Positions 10,337 to 21,524 of a stretch of 64,000 nucleotides of DNA are shown in pieces (positions within the stretch are counted from its first letter, which is position 1; each line of letters opens with the position of its first letter). Origin of the DNA: an uncultured Verrucomicrobiae bacterium (lineage in GTDB: Bacteria; Verrucomicrobiota; Verrucomicrobiia; Chthoniobacterales; JAATET01); the NCBI GenBank assembly GCA_963719495.1, contig CAVRCI010000002.1, positions 1 through 64,000 of the forward strand, written 5' to 3'. The position numbers and the translations under genes were made by a program. The notes beneath the pieces are model-generated. The model had not been told where the DNA came from, did no database searches, and was given only the letters and a program-made list of their open reading frames with translations.

Positions 10337-11590
10337 ATGCAATCGAACCTTTTTCGCCAGAAGGCGCTGGACAAACTTTCGTCACCCGAGCGGCTTGATC
10401 AGTTGCTGGCGGTGACTCCGCGGCGGGCCTGGTTGGCGTTGGCCGCCATCGTTGGAATCCTCGTTGCGGCGCTGGCGTGGAGTCTGCTGGGATCGCTGCC
10501 GACGCGGGTGGCGGGGCCAGGGGTTTTTGTGCGGATGGGTGGGGCGTTTCAGATTGTTTCGCGCGGGGATGGCTCGGTGATCGACCTGACGGTGGGCGTC
10601 GGAGACATCGTGAGCAAGGGGGAGGTGATCGGGCACCTGGAGCTGCCCGAGCTGGAGGTGCGGGTGGAGAACGCGGCGGCGCGGCTGAAGGAATTGGAGA
10701 AGGCCGACGGGATCTCCGACGAGGCCGACGCGACGAATCTGCGTTTGACGGTCGCGGCGCTCGACGAGCGGAAGGAAACGTTGGAGCAATCGGCGGCCGA
10801 TTTCGACGAGCAGACGAAGGCGCTTTCCGAGCAGGTGGAGATCCAGCGGGATTTGCAAAAGCGGGGCCTGATTCCGCGGTCGACTTTGCTGGCGAACCAG
10901 ACGGCGCTGGCTTCCAGTCAGCAGAGCGCGTCGAACGCACGGGTGGAACTCGCGAACACGGAGACCAGCCGATCCGAGATGATGAATACGCTGCGCGAAA
11001 AGGACGAGGCGCGTCGGCTGGGCATCGCGGACGCGGAGCGCGAACTTCGCACGCTGCAGAAGCAATACGACGAGGCGATCAACATCCGGAGTCCGTTCGA
11101 CGGGCGGATCATTGAGATTCAGACGGACATTGGCGACGTGGTGCGGCGGGGCGAAAGCGTGCTGGCGCTCGAGAATACGCACGAGGCGCTGCAGTGCCTG
11201 TTGTTCATCCCGGCGGGCGAGGGTAAGAAGGTGAAGCCGGGTATGGCGGCGCAATTGGCACCTTCAGTGGCGAAGCGGGAGGAATACGGGTTTCTGAAGG
11301 GGACGGTGGTGAGCGTGAGCGGACTGCCAGCGACGGACGCGGCGGCGGAATCCATCCTCCACAATTCGCGGCTGGTCGAGCAGCTCTTTGCTCGCGGCAA
11401 TCCGATCATCGCGACTGTCGAATTGATTCCCGATGAAACGACGACGAGTGGGTTTGCGTGGTCGACCTCGCAGGGGCCGCCGACGGACATCACGTCGGGC
11501 ACGCTCGCCGAGGGTCAGATCGTCGTGCTACGGCAGCGGCCGATCACGCTCGTGCTGCCATTTTTGCGTCAGCTCTTCGGGGTTCACTAA
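10337..11590 (+). CDS. NHLP bacteriocin system secretion protein (HlyD family)
   Basis: LFRQKALDKLSSPERLDQL, IRSPFDGRI, FAWSTSQGPP, RPITLVLP; intact 417 aa. Confidence 0.93.
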   Translation: MQSNLFRQKALDKLSSPERLDQLLAVTPRRAWLALAAIVGILVAALAWSLLGSLPTRVAGPGVFVRMGGAFQIVSRGDGSVIDLTVGVGDIVSKGEVIGHLELPELEVRVENAAARLKELEKADGISDEADATNLRLTVAALDERKETLEQSAADFDEQTKALSEQVEIQRDLQKRGLIPRSTLLANQTALASSQQSASNARVELANTETSRSEMMNTLREKDEARRLGIADAERELRTLQKQYDEAINIRSPFDGRIIEIQTDIGDVVRRGESVLALENTHEALQCLLFIPAGEGKKVKPGMAAQLAPSVAKREEYGFLKGTVVSVSGLPATDAAAESILHNSRLVEQLFARGNPIIATVELIPDETTTSGFAWSTSQGPPTDITSGTLAEGQIVVLRQRPITLVLPFLRQLFGVH

Positions 11591-11602
11591 ACGAACGGTC
11601 TC

Positions 11603-13738
11603 GTGATTCGCACACCCACCGTCATCCAGATGGAAGCCGTCGAGTGCGGCGCGGCAGCGTTGGCCATTATCCTGGCGTATCACGGTCGGATCGTGCCGCT
11701 GGAGGAGTTGCGCATCGCGTGCGGGGTGTCGCGGGACGGGAGCAAGGCGAGCAATATCGTGAAGGCGGCACGGACCTACGGCCTCGCCCCGCGGGCGTTC
11801 CGGAAGGAGCCGGCGGAATTGCGGACCCTGCCGCTGCCGGCGATCATCTTCTGGGAGTTCAATCACTTCGTGGTGCTGGAGGGATTCCGGCGGGGGAAGG
11901 TCCACCTCAACGATCCGGCGATGGGGCCGCGGAAGGTGACGGACGAGGATTTCGACACGTCGTTCACGGGCGTGGTGATCACGTTCGAGAAAACGGCGGA
12001 CTTCCAGCGCGGCGGCGAGCGACCGAGTTTACTTCGGGCGCTCGGTGAGCGGTTGCACGGGTCGCGGCGGGATTTGCTCTACGTCGTCTGCGTGGGGCTG
12101 GCGCTGGTGGTGCCGGGGATGGTGTTGCCGGCGTTCATGCGGATCTTTCTCGATCAGATTTTGGTGCAGGGCGAACACTCTTGGCTGCGACCGATGCTGC
12201 TGGCGATGGGTGGCGTGATCCTCGTGCAGGCGGCGTTGACGTGGCTGCAGTCGAACTACCTGATGCGGCTGGAGACGAAGTTGGCGCTGCGGGCGTCGAG
12301 CCGTTTTTTCTGGCACGTTCTGTCGCTGCCGATCGAGTTCTTTGCCCAGCGTCACGGCGGAGAAATCGCGACGCGGGTCGCGATCAACGACCGGGTCGCA
12401 TCGCTGCTCTCCGGCCAGCTCGCGGCGGCGATGCTGGGGTGTTTCACGGCGGTCTTTTACCTCATTCTGCTGCTCCAGTACGACTGGGTGCTCACGGTCG
12501 TCGGCGTCACGGTGGCTGCGGCCAATGCCGGGCTGCTGGTGGCGGTGTCACGGGCTCGGAAGGACGGGAACCTGCGGGTGCTGCAGGAGAGCGGAAAGCT
12601 GTCGGGCGTGACGATCGGCGGGTTGCGCGGGATCGAGACGCTCAAGGCCTCGGGGGCGGAGGATTCGTTCTTCACGCGGTGGGCGGGTCACCACGCGAAG
12701 GCGCTCGTGGTGAAGCAGGAGTTGGCGACGTTTGACCAGATCCTGTTGAGCGTGCCGGCGTTGCTGCTGGCGTTGAATACGACGGCAATCCTCGTGATCG
12801 GCGGGCTGCGGGTGATGGATGGTCATCTGACGATTGGCACGCTGGTGGCGTTTCAGACGCTGATGGGGAGCTTCCTTGCGCCGGTCGCGACGCTGGTGAG
12901 TCTGGGCGGGGCGCTGCAGCAGACGGAGGGCGACGTGGGACGACTCGACGACGTGTTGCGGACCGGGAGCGCGCCGCATCTCACGGACGAGAACGCGGAC
13001 CCGGCGCTGGTGGAGAGGCCGCGGCTGTCGGGGCGGATTGAGTTTCGTAACGTCACGTTCGGCTACAGTCGACTGGAGCCGCCGCTGATCGAAAATTTCA
13101 ACCTGACGATCGGCGCGGGCGAACGCGTCGCGCTGATCGGGAGATCGGGGAGCGGGAAATCGACGTTGTCGAAGCTGGCGTCGGGACTTTACGAGCCGTG
13201 GTCCGGGGAGGTGTTGTTCGACGGGGTGCCGCGGCCGCGCGTGCCGCGGGATTTGCTCGTGGTGAGCGTCGGCGTGGTGGATCAGGACATCTTTCTCTTC
13301 GGTGGGACGATCCGGGAGAATCTCACGATGTGGGACGCGGGCATCCCGACGCAGCGAATGATCAAGGCCGCGTGGGACGCCGAGATTCATGATCTGATCA
13401 GTTCGCGGCCGGGAGGTTACGAGGCCGAGTTGACGGAGGGCGGGAGCAATCTGAGTGGCGGGCAGCGTCAACGTCTCGAGATCGCGCGAGCTCTCGTCGA
13501 GGATCCGAGCATTCTCATTCTCGACGAGGCGACGAGCGCACTCGATCCGTCGACGGAGGAAGCCATCACCGGAAATCTGCGGGCGCGGGGTTGCACGTGT
13601 CTGATCGTGGCGCACCGGCTGAGCACGATCCGGGACGCCGATCAGATCGTCGTTTTGGACAATGGCCGGATCGTGGAAAGCGGTCGGCACCGGGAGCTGA
13701 TCGAGGTCGGTGGAGCCTACGCGAGGTTAATGGAATGA
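11603..13738 (+). CDS. NHLP bacteriocin ABC transporter, C39 peptidase/permease/ATPase
   Basis: QMEAVECGAA (C39), HFVV, GRSGSGKST, LSGGQRQR, ILDEATSALD. Confidence 0.95.
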   Translation: MIRTPTVIQMEAVECGAAALAIILAYHGRIVPLEELRIACGVSRDGSKASNIVKAARTYGLAPRAFRKEPAELRTLPLPAIIFWEFNHFVVLEGFRRGKVHLNDPAMGPRKVTDEDFDTSFTGVVITFEKTADFQRGGERPSLLRALGERLHGSRRDLLYVVCVGLALVVPGMVLPAFMRIFLDQILVQGEHSWLRPMLLAMGGVILVQAALTWLQSNYLMRLETKLALRASSRFFWHVLSLPIEFFAQRHGGEIATRVAINDRVASLLSGQLAAAMLGCFTAVFYLILLLQYDWVLTVVGVTVAAANAGLLVAVSRARKDGNLRVLQESGKLSGVTIGGLRGIETLKASGAEDSFFTRWAGHHAKALVVKQELATFDQILLSVPALLLALNTTAILVIGGLRVMDGHLTIGTLVAFQTLMGSFLAPVATLVSLGGALQQTEGDVGRLDDVLRTGSAPHLTDENADPALVERPRLSGRIEFRNVTFGYSRLEPPLIENFNLTIGAGERVALIGRSGSGKSTLSKLASGLYEPWSGEVLFDGVPRPRVPRDLLVVSVGVVDQDIFLFGGTIRENLTMWDAGIPTQRMIKAAWDAEIHDLISSRPGGYEAELTEGGSNLSGGQRQRLEIARALVEDPSILILDEATSALDPSTEEAITGNLRARGCTCLIVAHRLSTIRDADQIVVLDNGRIVESGRHRELIEVGGAYARLME

Positions 13739-16290
13739 AGACGCTGGGGCTGCGGGATCACGTTTGGACGCTGGAGGCGGGGAGCGCGGAGCTTTTCCTG
13801 CTGCGCGGAGAATCGCAGCGTCCTCTCGGGTTGGTGGATGCGCCGGGCTGTCTGCCGGGGACGGGGACGGATGATCTCAAAATTGTGGCGAAATTCTCCG
13901 ACGACGCCGTGGTCGAGGCGGTTTCCTTCGAGGCGTTGGCGGCTGACCAGGCCACCCTGTCGGTTTACCGGATGGACACTCAGGTGCTCGCGGGGATGTT
14001 TTCGCGTCGGGCGCTTGAGTTGCCGCAGGTTGATTCCGTGGAATCGCTGCGTGAGCATCAGCGGGAATTCACCCGCGCGCTGTCCGAGGCCTTTGACGAG
14101 CTGGATCGCGGGGAGGTCGCGCGTCAGCAGACTCGCACGACCGATACCCAGGTGGCTCGACAGCGGGCCGCCGACGAATTGGCCGGCGTGTTGATGGGCC
14201 GGGCCGCGGACGGAGCGACGAATACGGGCGATCCGCTGATGGTCGCGATGAGCGCGGTGGGACGGGCGGTGGGCATCGAGATCGAGGCGCACCCGCTGGT
14301 GAATTCGTTCCCGTCCCTGCCGCTGCGCGTGCAGGCGATCGCGCGGGCGTCGCGGTGCCGGGCGCGGGTCGTGACCCTGGCGGGCGAGTGGTGGCGGGCG
14401 GAGAACGGACCGCTGCTGGCTTTCGCCGAAGACGGTCGACCGGTGGCGTTGATTGGGACGGTAGGCGGCTATCGTGTCGAGGATCCCAGCGGCGAGCTGT
14501 CGGGCCGGGTGACGAGGGAAGTCGCGGGGAAACTGGCACCGAGGGCGTTTGCGCTGTATCGACCCTTCCCGGACGAGGTGATCACGTGGAAGCGGATCGC
14601 GGCATTTGCGCTTCGCGACAACGTGCCGGATATCGGGCTGATTCTTTGTCTCGGGGCATTGGTGGGATTGCTGAGTCTGGTGACGCCGTTCGTGACTCAG
14701 TTGATCTTCGACTACGCGATTCCGGGCGGTCTGGACGAGCAGATGTGGGCGCTGGGGGCGGCGATGCTCGTTGCGGCGCTGGGGACGGCGTCGTTCAGTC
14801 TGGCGCAAGGGTTTTTAACCCTGAGGATCGAGACGAAGGCGGATCGCGACGTGCAGTCGGCGGTGATCGACCGGATTCTCCGGCTGCCCGCGCCATTTTT
14901 CCGACTCTACAGCGTGGGCGATCTGGCGAGCCGGACGATGAGCGTGGACGCGATCCGGCAGATTATTTCCGGCATCGGAATCACGACGTTGCTGGGAGCG
15001 ATCTCGTCGCTGTTCAATTTCTTCATCCTCTTCCGCTACGGGTGGCAGCTCGGCGCGCTGGCGATCGGGCTGGGGGTGACGGCGTTGGTCGTGACGGTCT
15101 CGGTGAATCTTTACGCGCTGCGGTACGCGCGGCAGACCGAGGACCTGGAGGGTGCGATCAATGGATTGGTCAATCAGCTGATCGCGGGAATGGCGAAGCT
15201 GCGGGTGACCGGGGCGTCGGCGCAGGCGTTCGCCGTGTGGGCGGGGAAGTTCGCGGAAAAGACGCGGCTGCGACTGCGGATGCGCAGGATTCAGAATCTG
15301 CTCGCGGTGTTCAACGGCGCTTTCCCGGCGGTGTCGACGCTGCTGATTTTCTGGTTCGCGTTTCAGCGAATCACGACGGGGGAGGGGGGATTTTCGACCG
15401 GGGATTTTCTCGCCTACAACGCGGCGTTTGGCGCTTTCCTGGGAGCGGCGCTGGCGTTCTCGGGCGCGACGATTCAGGCGATCATGGTGATCCCGCTTTA
15501 CGAGCGGGCGCGCCCGATCCTGCACGAGCTGCCGGAGTCCAGCGCGGCGCAGGCGTGGCCGGGGGAGCTGACCGGCGACATCGATCTGCGGCACGTGAGT
15601 TTCCGCTACAACGAAGACGGACCCTTGGTGCTCGACGACTTGAATCTGACGATCCGACCGGGGGAATTCGTGGCGGTCGTCGGGCCGTCGGGCAGCGGGA
15701 AGTCGACTCTGCTCCGGCTGTTGCTGGGGTTTGAGCAACCGGCGGCGGGTTCGATTTTTTTCAATGGTCAAGCGCTCGACACGCTCGATCGAACGGAGGT
15801 GCGGCGGCAGATCGGCGTGGTGCTGCAGACGAGTCAGCCGATTTCCGGCGACATCTACAGCAACATTGCAGCGACTTCGGGCGCGTCGATGGAGCAGGCC
15901 TGGGCGGCGGTGGAATTGGCCGGTCTCACGGCGGACATCCGCGCGCTGCCGATGGGGATGCACACGGTCGTCAGCGAGGAGGGCGGCGGGCTATCGGGCG
16001 GGCAGCGTCAGCGATTGATGATCGCGCGGGCGGTGGTGGGCGATCCGCGGATTCTGTTTTTCGACGAGGCGACGAGCGCGCTGGATAACGAGACGCAGGC
16101 GCACGTGGCGGCCGGCTTGGAAAACCTCAAGGCAACGCGACTCGTGATCGCGCATCGGCTGAGCACGGTCGAGCAGGCGGACCGGATCATCGTCCTGCGC
16201 GGGGGCCGAATCGAAGAGCAGGGGACGCACGCGCAGCTTATCGAGCGGCGTGGGCTGTATCACGCGATGGCGAGTCGCCAGGAAGCGTGA
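13735..16290 (+). CDS. NHLP bacteriocin ABC transporter, permease/ATPase
   Basis: ATG overlaps upstream stop; WW..NGPLLAF, GPSGSGKST, LSGGQRQR, FDEATSALD. Confidence 0.93.
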   Translation: MKTLGLRDHVWTLEAGSAELFLLRGESQRPLGLVDAPGCLPGTGTDDLKIVAKFSDDAVVEAVSFEALAADQATLSVYRMDTQVLAGMFSRRALELPQVDSVESLREHQREFTRALSEAFDELDRGEVARQQTRTTDTQVARQRAADELAGVLMGRAADGATNTGDPLMVAMSAVGRAVGIEIEAHPLVNSFPSLPLRVQAIARASRCRARVVTLAGEWWRAENGPLLAFAEDGRPVALIGTVGGYRVEDPSGELSGRVTREVAGKLAPRAFALYRPFPDEVITWKRIAAFALRDNVPDIGLILCLGALVGLLSLVTPFVTQLIFDYAIPGGLDEQMWALGAAMLVAALGTASFSLAQGFLTLRIETKADRDVQSAVIDRILRLPAPFFRLYSVGDLASRTMSVDAIRQIISGIGITTLLGAISSLFNFFILFRYGWQLGALAIGLGVTALVVTVSVNLYALRYARQTEDLEGAINGLVNQLIAGMAKLRVTGASAQAFAVWAGKFAEKTRLRLRMRRIQNLLAVFNGAFPAVSTLLIFWFAFQRITTGEGGFSTGDFLAYNAAFGAFLGAALAFSGATIQAIMVIPLYERARPILHELPESSAAQAWPGELTGDIDLRHVSFRYNEDGPLVLDDLNLTIRPGEFVAVVGPSGSGKSTLLRLLLGFEQPAAGSIFFNGQALDTLDRTEVRRQIGVVLQTSQPISGDIYSNIAATSGASMEQAWAAVELAGLTADIRALPMGMHTVVSEEGGGLSGGQRQRLMIARAVVGDPRILFFDEATSALDNETQAHVAAGLENLKATRLVIAHRLSTVEQADRIIVLRGGRIEEQGTHAQLIERRGLYHAMASRQEA

Positions 16291-16535
16291 GAGGCTGGAT
16301 GCACGGGGCCCGGAGAGTTGTCGGATGAGTAACAAGCTTCGCGCGGGGTGCGTCTGCCGAGGTGATTGCTTGATGCGCCCACGTTGCTGCACGGGGCGTC
16401 GAAAAAAAGCGATTTAGCGAATTGATCTGACTGCGCTTTGATTCATTCAGGCTCGACGGCGATTCTCGCCCTCAGGATTGCTTCGGGGATCCGAAAGTCC
16501 TTCCAATTTCGGACTGCCTCGGGCTTATCGGTAGC

Positions 16536-17939
16536 ATGGATTCGCCGAACGATCCCGCGTTGATTGAGCCTCACCCGCACGAGGAAATCGAGTCGCTCGT
16601 CCGGGCTCGCGATCTCACCGGACTGCGTCGACTTTGCGAATGCTGGGAGCCCTTTGACCTCGCGCATTTGCTCTCGGAACTCCCGCCGGAGCTCGAAGCC
16701 GTGGCGTTTCGCACCCTTCCCAAGCACCTTGCGGCCGACGCCTTCGAGTATCTCGAATTCGATCAGCAAGAGCGCCTCCTCCACGCCCTCGGACTCCCGG
16801 CTGCTGCCGGGATCCTCGACGAAATGGCCCCCGACGACCGCACCGCCCTGCTCGAGGAGGTCCCGTCGCGCGTCCAGAAGCAGCTCATCAGTTTGCTGGA
16901 CGTGAAGGAGCGTGAAATCGCGACCCAACTCCTTGGCTACGACGAGAAGAGTATCGGCCGGCTGATGACGCCGGATTACATGGCGCTCAACGAGGAGATG
17001 ACCGTCGCCGAGGCCCTCGCTGACATTCGCGTCAACGGGGAGGATAGCGAAACGCTCAACGTTGTTTACGTCGTCAATGACCGCGGGACGCTGATTGACG
17101 GCGTCCGCATCCGCAAGCTTCTCCTTGCCGATCCGGACTGCAGGATCGGTGACATTGTCACCCACACGCTCGTGTGTCTCCCCGCCGGGGATTCCGCCGA
17201 AAGCGCCGTCGAGGTTTCCCGCCAAACCGATCTCTACGCGCTTCCCGTGACGAGTTCGACTGGGAAGATTCTCGGGATTGTCACCCTCGACGACGTTCTT
17301 GACGTCGCCGAGCGCCGCGCCACCGACGACATGCAGCTTGTCGGCGGATCCGCTCGGCTCGAGTTGCCCTACCTGGAGCTTTCCGTCTGGCGCATGCTGC
17401 TCAAGCGGGGTCCGTGGCTCGTCATTCTCTTTATCGGCGGCCTACTTACGGCCAACGCGATGGCGTTCTACGACGGCGAGATTGAGAAGGCCGCCGTCCT
17501 GGTGATCTTCCTGCCCCTCATCATCGCAAGCGGCGGGAATTCCGGCTCCCAGGCCGCAACGCTGATCATCCGCGCGCTCGCTGTCGGCGAGGTTCGGCTC
17601 GTCGACTGGCTCACCGTGCTGCGGCGCGAGGTTCTGAATGGACTCACGATTGGTGCGGTGCTCGGAGTGATCGGACTGACGATCGTCACTGTGGGCGCAC
17701 AATTCAGCCCGATCTTCACGGAATATTGGCCGCGCGTTGCGGCCTCCGTTGGTCTGGCACTCACCGGAGTCGTTCTCTGGGGCAGTCTCGTTGGCAGCAT
17801 GCTTCCATTCATTCTGAAAAAGATCGGCCTCGACCCGGCAACGTCGAGCGCACCCTTCGTCGCCACGTTCGTGGACGTCACGGGCATCGTCATCTATTTC
17901 ACCGTTGCATCAGCCCTCCTCAGCGGGACGCTCCTTTAA
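16536..17939 (+). CDS. mgtE: Magnesium transporter MgtE
   Basis: MAPDDR, IGRLMTPDY CBS pair, SGGNSGSQA, DPATSSAPFVATFVDVTG. Confidence 0.95.
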   Translation: MDSPNDPALIEPHPHEEIESLVRARDLTGLRRLCECWEPFDLAHLLSELPPELEAVAFRTLPKHLAADAFEYLEFDQQERLLHALGLPAAAGILDEMAPDDRTALLEEVPSRVQKQLISLLDVKEREIATQLLGYDEKSIGRLMTPDYMALNEEMTVAEALADIRVNGEDSETLNVVYVVNDRGTLIDGVRIRKLLLADPDCRIGDIVTHTLVCLPAGDSAESAVEVSRQTDLYALPVTSSTGKILGIVTLDDVLDVAERRATDDMQLVGGSARLELPYLELSVWRMLLKRGPWLVILFIGGLLTANAMAFYDGEIEKAAVLVIFLPLIIASGGNSGSQAATLIIRALAVGEVRLVDWLTVLRREVLNGLTIGAVLGVIGLTIVTVGAQFSPIFTEYWPRVAASVGLALTGVVLWGSLVGSMLPFILKKIGLDPATSSAPFVATFVDVTGIVIYFTVASALLSGTLL

Positions 17940-18212
17940 TGAGATTGAGTGGGTGGATGGTGAAGATTTGATCGGGTTCTGCCGGTCGCCCCCATTTTTT
18001 CTCCCGTAGAAACGCTCTCAGAGCCCGGCCGGCCGCCGCCGGCGATTCTGGCCTCAGCTAGGGGTGACTGGCGCTGAATCCGCATTCGTCCCGTGCGCGA
18101 GCCATCCCGCCCGGTCTACTACGATCCGCACTACAATCAGAAGAAAATCTACCGCGAACCTCGTTACTACGAGGACACGAAAAAGAAAAAGAAGAAGAGA
18201 AAAGACTGAGCC

Positions 18213-18545
18213 ATGAGCAAATACTTTCTCTTTTTCTGCATCGGCCTTCTCAGCCTCGGTTGCGCATGCGCCTCTGATCTGGATTTCACGATTGTCAGCC
18301 AAACCAGCCGAAGCTTCGAAGCGATTTACATCTCCGCCTCAGACGATCCCGATTGGGACGGGAATCTCCTCTCGAATCAACAGACGCTCGCCGAGGGTGG
18401 AAAGCTCGCGGTGAAATTTGACGAAACTGAGGAGTCAGAGACGTGGGACCTTAAGGTAGTGGATTCAGACGGTGTGACGGTGACGTTTAAAGACGTGAAT
18501 CTCACCGAGGTGGACATCGTTACCCTGAACGGGCGCGGACGGTAG
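18213..18545 (+). CDS. Small secreted hypothetical protein
   Basis: Signal peptide then DFTIVSQT..IYISAS..WDGNLL..WDLKVVD. Confidence 0.65.
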   Translation: MSKYFLFFCIGLLSLGCACASDLDFTIVSQTSRSFEAIYISASDDPDWDGNLLSNQQTLAEGGKLAVKFDETEESETWDLKVVDSDGVTVTFKDVNLTEVDIVTLNGRGR

Positions 18546-18951
18546 TTTTGCCGCCGAAGTTGACTAAAGGATCGATTCGTCGGACGCCTGGAGAGATCCC
18601 TAAGTTTACCGGCGAGCACATCGCCAGCAAGTTGTTCAGCCTTCAACCCGAGGCGGACGCAAACGAGCGACAACGTTATCGGAGCCAAGCGCGTCGAAAT
18701 CGACGACTTCAAACATGGCGGCTGCGGTTCTAGGCCAGACAGCCAATGGAGGACAGAGCGTTTTCACCGGGATCGAGGCAGAATATCGTGGTCTCAGGCG
18801 ACTGAGCTTCAAAAGGGAGTTGGTAGGTAGCTGGGCCGGAAGCTGGGATGCAAAATCGACAGACTATGAGCGTCTAATCTGACAGCAGAAATGCCGCCGG
18901 CGTAGGCCCTTTTCTGCTGACTTCAGGGCGGGAGGTGGGTAGACCCTTCGC

Positions 18952-20488
18952 ATGGCAGAAAAGACCCCTTTGACCGGCCACGATCGGCCCGGTGATCCGT
19001 GCACGATTGTCATTTTTGGCGCTTCGGGCGACCTGACGAAGCGCAAGCTGATGCCGGCGCTCTACAATCTGAAGGCGCTGCGCCTGATGCCGGAGAAATT
19101 CTCGGTCATCGGCTGCGCGTCTACGCCGGGTGACGATCAGTCGATCCAGGCGAAAGCGACGGAGGACATCAAGGAATTCGCGACGCGGCCGTTTGACGAG
19201 ACGATCTGGGGAGATTTTGCCAAGCGACTGTATTACGTCCCGGGCGATTTCAACGACGTGAAGACCTTCGAAACGTTAAAGGCGCGGATCGAGGATGCTC
19301 AGAAGGCGTGGGACATCCCGGGAAACGTGCTGTTTTACCTGGCGATCTCGCCATCGTTTTTCGCGAAGGTGGTGGATCAGTTGGCTGCGGTCGGATTGAC
19401 CGACGAGGTCGATGGCGCGTGGAGGCGCGTGATCGTCGAGAAGCCTTTCGGGCACGATCTGGACAGTGCGCGGGCATTGAACAAGGAGCTGACGAAGACG
19501 CTGGACGAATCGCAGATCTACCGGATCGACCATTACCTCGGGAAGGAAACTGTGCAAAACATCATGGTCTTCCGGTTTGGGAATTCCATTTTCGAGCCGG
19601 TGTGGAACCGGCGTTACATCGAGTACGTGCAGATCACCGTCGCGGAGGAACTGGGGGTCGAAATGCGCGGTGGGTATTACGATCACTCCGGTGTGTTGCG
19701 CGACATGGTGCAGAATCACATTCTCTCCGTTCTGTCGTTGATCGCCATGGAGCCGCCGAGTTCGGTGAGCGGCGATGCGGTTCGGAACGAGAAGGTCAAG
19801 GTGCTTGAGGCGATCCGCCCGATGGACCCGCAGGAGGTGATTGAGAACACGGTGCGCGGGCAGTATGATGCCGGGCAGATCGACGGCAAGGACGTGGCGG
19901 CCTACCGCACCGAGCCGGACGTGAATCCGCAATCGAACACCGAGACGTTCGTCGCGATGAAGCTGATGGTGGAGAACTGGCGCTGGGCCGAGGTGCCGTT
20001 TTACATTCGTTCCGGAAAGCGGCTGGCCGCGCACGCGACGGAGGTCGTGATCGGATTTCGGCGGGCACCGTTGCTGTTGTTTGGGGCGGAGGTGGAACAA
20101 CAGATTCCGCCGAACCGGCTGGTGATGCACATTCAGCCCGAGGAAGGAATCACGCTCGACATCCACGCCAAGCGACCTGGACCGAAGATCAAGATCGCGA
20201 ACGTGCCGCTGAATTTTAATTACAATGAATTCGGCGAAGAGATGGCGGCGACGGGTTACGAGACGCTGCTCTACGACTGCATGATCGGAGAGACGACGTT
20301 GTTCCATCGCTACGACTCGGTTGACGCCTCGTGGCAAATCGTGAACCCCATTCTCGACGTTTGGAAGGCGCTGCCGCCGCGGAAGTTTCCCGAATTACGC
20401 CGCCGGTTCCTGGGGCCCGCCGGAGTCGGACGAGCTCGTCGAGCGCGACGGTCACAAGTGGCATCACTATCCCCAGGGGGAGCAGTAA
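18952..20488 (+). CDS. zwf: Glucose-6-phosphate 1-dehydrogenase (frameshift near 20390)
   Basis: [24 protein letters not shown]; conserved tail NYAAGSWGP is in another frame ending TAA 20488. Confidence 0.95.
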
Positions 20489-20491
20489 ATC

Positions 20492-21496
20492 ATGTCGACC
20501 AAGACGACCTATTTGCTGGCGGGTGACGTCGGTGGGACCAAGGCGAATCTCGCGCTCTTCGAGCACGGCAAAGGCGGCAAACTGACCCTCGTCCGCAACA
20601 AGCGGTATCCGAGCGCGGACTACGGCGGGCTCGAGGAAATCGTCGCGAAGTTTCTCGCGAAGTCGGGCGACCGGGTGCAAGGCGTCTGCTTCGGCGTCCC
20701 CGGAGTCGTCCGTAACAACCGGGCGCAGCCGACCAACCTCAAATGGGAAATCGACGGCGCGTCTCTCGCGTCGGAGCTCGGGACGAACCACGTCGTGCTC
20801 ATCAACGACCTCGCGGCCAACGCGGCGGGCATCGCCGAGCTGGCCGACGACGATTTCGAGACCTTGCAGGACGGACTCGTCTCGCCGGTCGGGAACCGGT
20901 GCATCATTTCGCCCGGCACCGGCCTCGGGGAGGCCGGGCTGTTCTGGGACGGCACCCGGCATCTGCCGTGGGCCTCGGAGGGCGGGCACGCGAATTTCGC
21001 GCCGCGCTCCGAACTGGAGATCGAGCTGCTCTGCTACCTGCAAGCCCGCTTCGGCCACGTCAGCATCGAGCGGGTCGCCTCCGGCTTGGGCATCCAGAAT
21101 ATCTACGCCTTCCTGCGCGATTCCGGCCACGGTCAGGAGACTCCGGCCGTCGTCGAGGCCTTCAAAAAAGACGACCCGGGCAAGGTGATCGAAGGAGCCG
21201 CCGAGGAAGGGACGTGCAAAATGTGTTCGCAAGCGATCGAAATCTTCGCCCACGCGCTGGCCAACGAGGCGGCCAATCTCGCGCTCAAGACGATGGCGAC
21301 CGGCGGCGTCTATTTCGGCGGCGGGATCCCGGCGAAAATGCTGTGGAAGCTGCGCGGCTCGGCGTTCATCTCGGACTTCAACGCCAAGGGGCGCCTGGAA
21401 TCCCTCATGGAATCGATGCCGGTGAAGGTCGTGCTCAACGATCAAGCGGCCCTGCTCGGCGCGGCGCGGATCGCGGCGAATTCGCTCGTCGACTGA
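20492..21496 (+). CDS. glk: Glucokinase
   Basis: GDVGGTK, LINDL, GTGLGEA, SEGGH, GGGI. Confidence 0.95.
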   Translation: MSTKTTYLLAGDVGGTKANLALFEHGKGGKLTLVRNKRYPSADYGGLEEIVAKFLAKSGDRVQGVCFGVPGVVRNNRAQPTNLKWEIDGASLASELGTNHVVLINDLAANAAGIAELADDDFETLQDGLVSPVGNRCIISPGTGLGEAGLFWDGTRHLPWASEGGHANFAPRSELEIELLCYLQARFGHVSIERVASGLGIQNIYAFLRDSGHGQETPAVVEAFKKDDPGKVIEGAAEEGTCKMCSQAIEIFAHALANEAANLALKTMATGGVYFGGGIPAKMLWKLRGSAFISDFNAKGRLESLMESMPVKVVLNDQAALLGAARIAANSLVD

Positions 21497-21524
21497 CCCG
21501 CAATCTCCAACCGATAGTCGAAGG

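Noticed and set aside
20385..20526. Programmed frameshift or novel C-terminus in zwf
   Set aside because: Conserved tail is present in another frame; a single indel error is simplest
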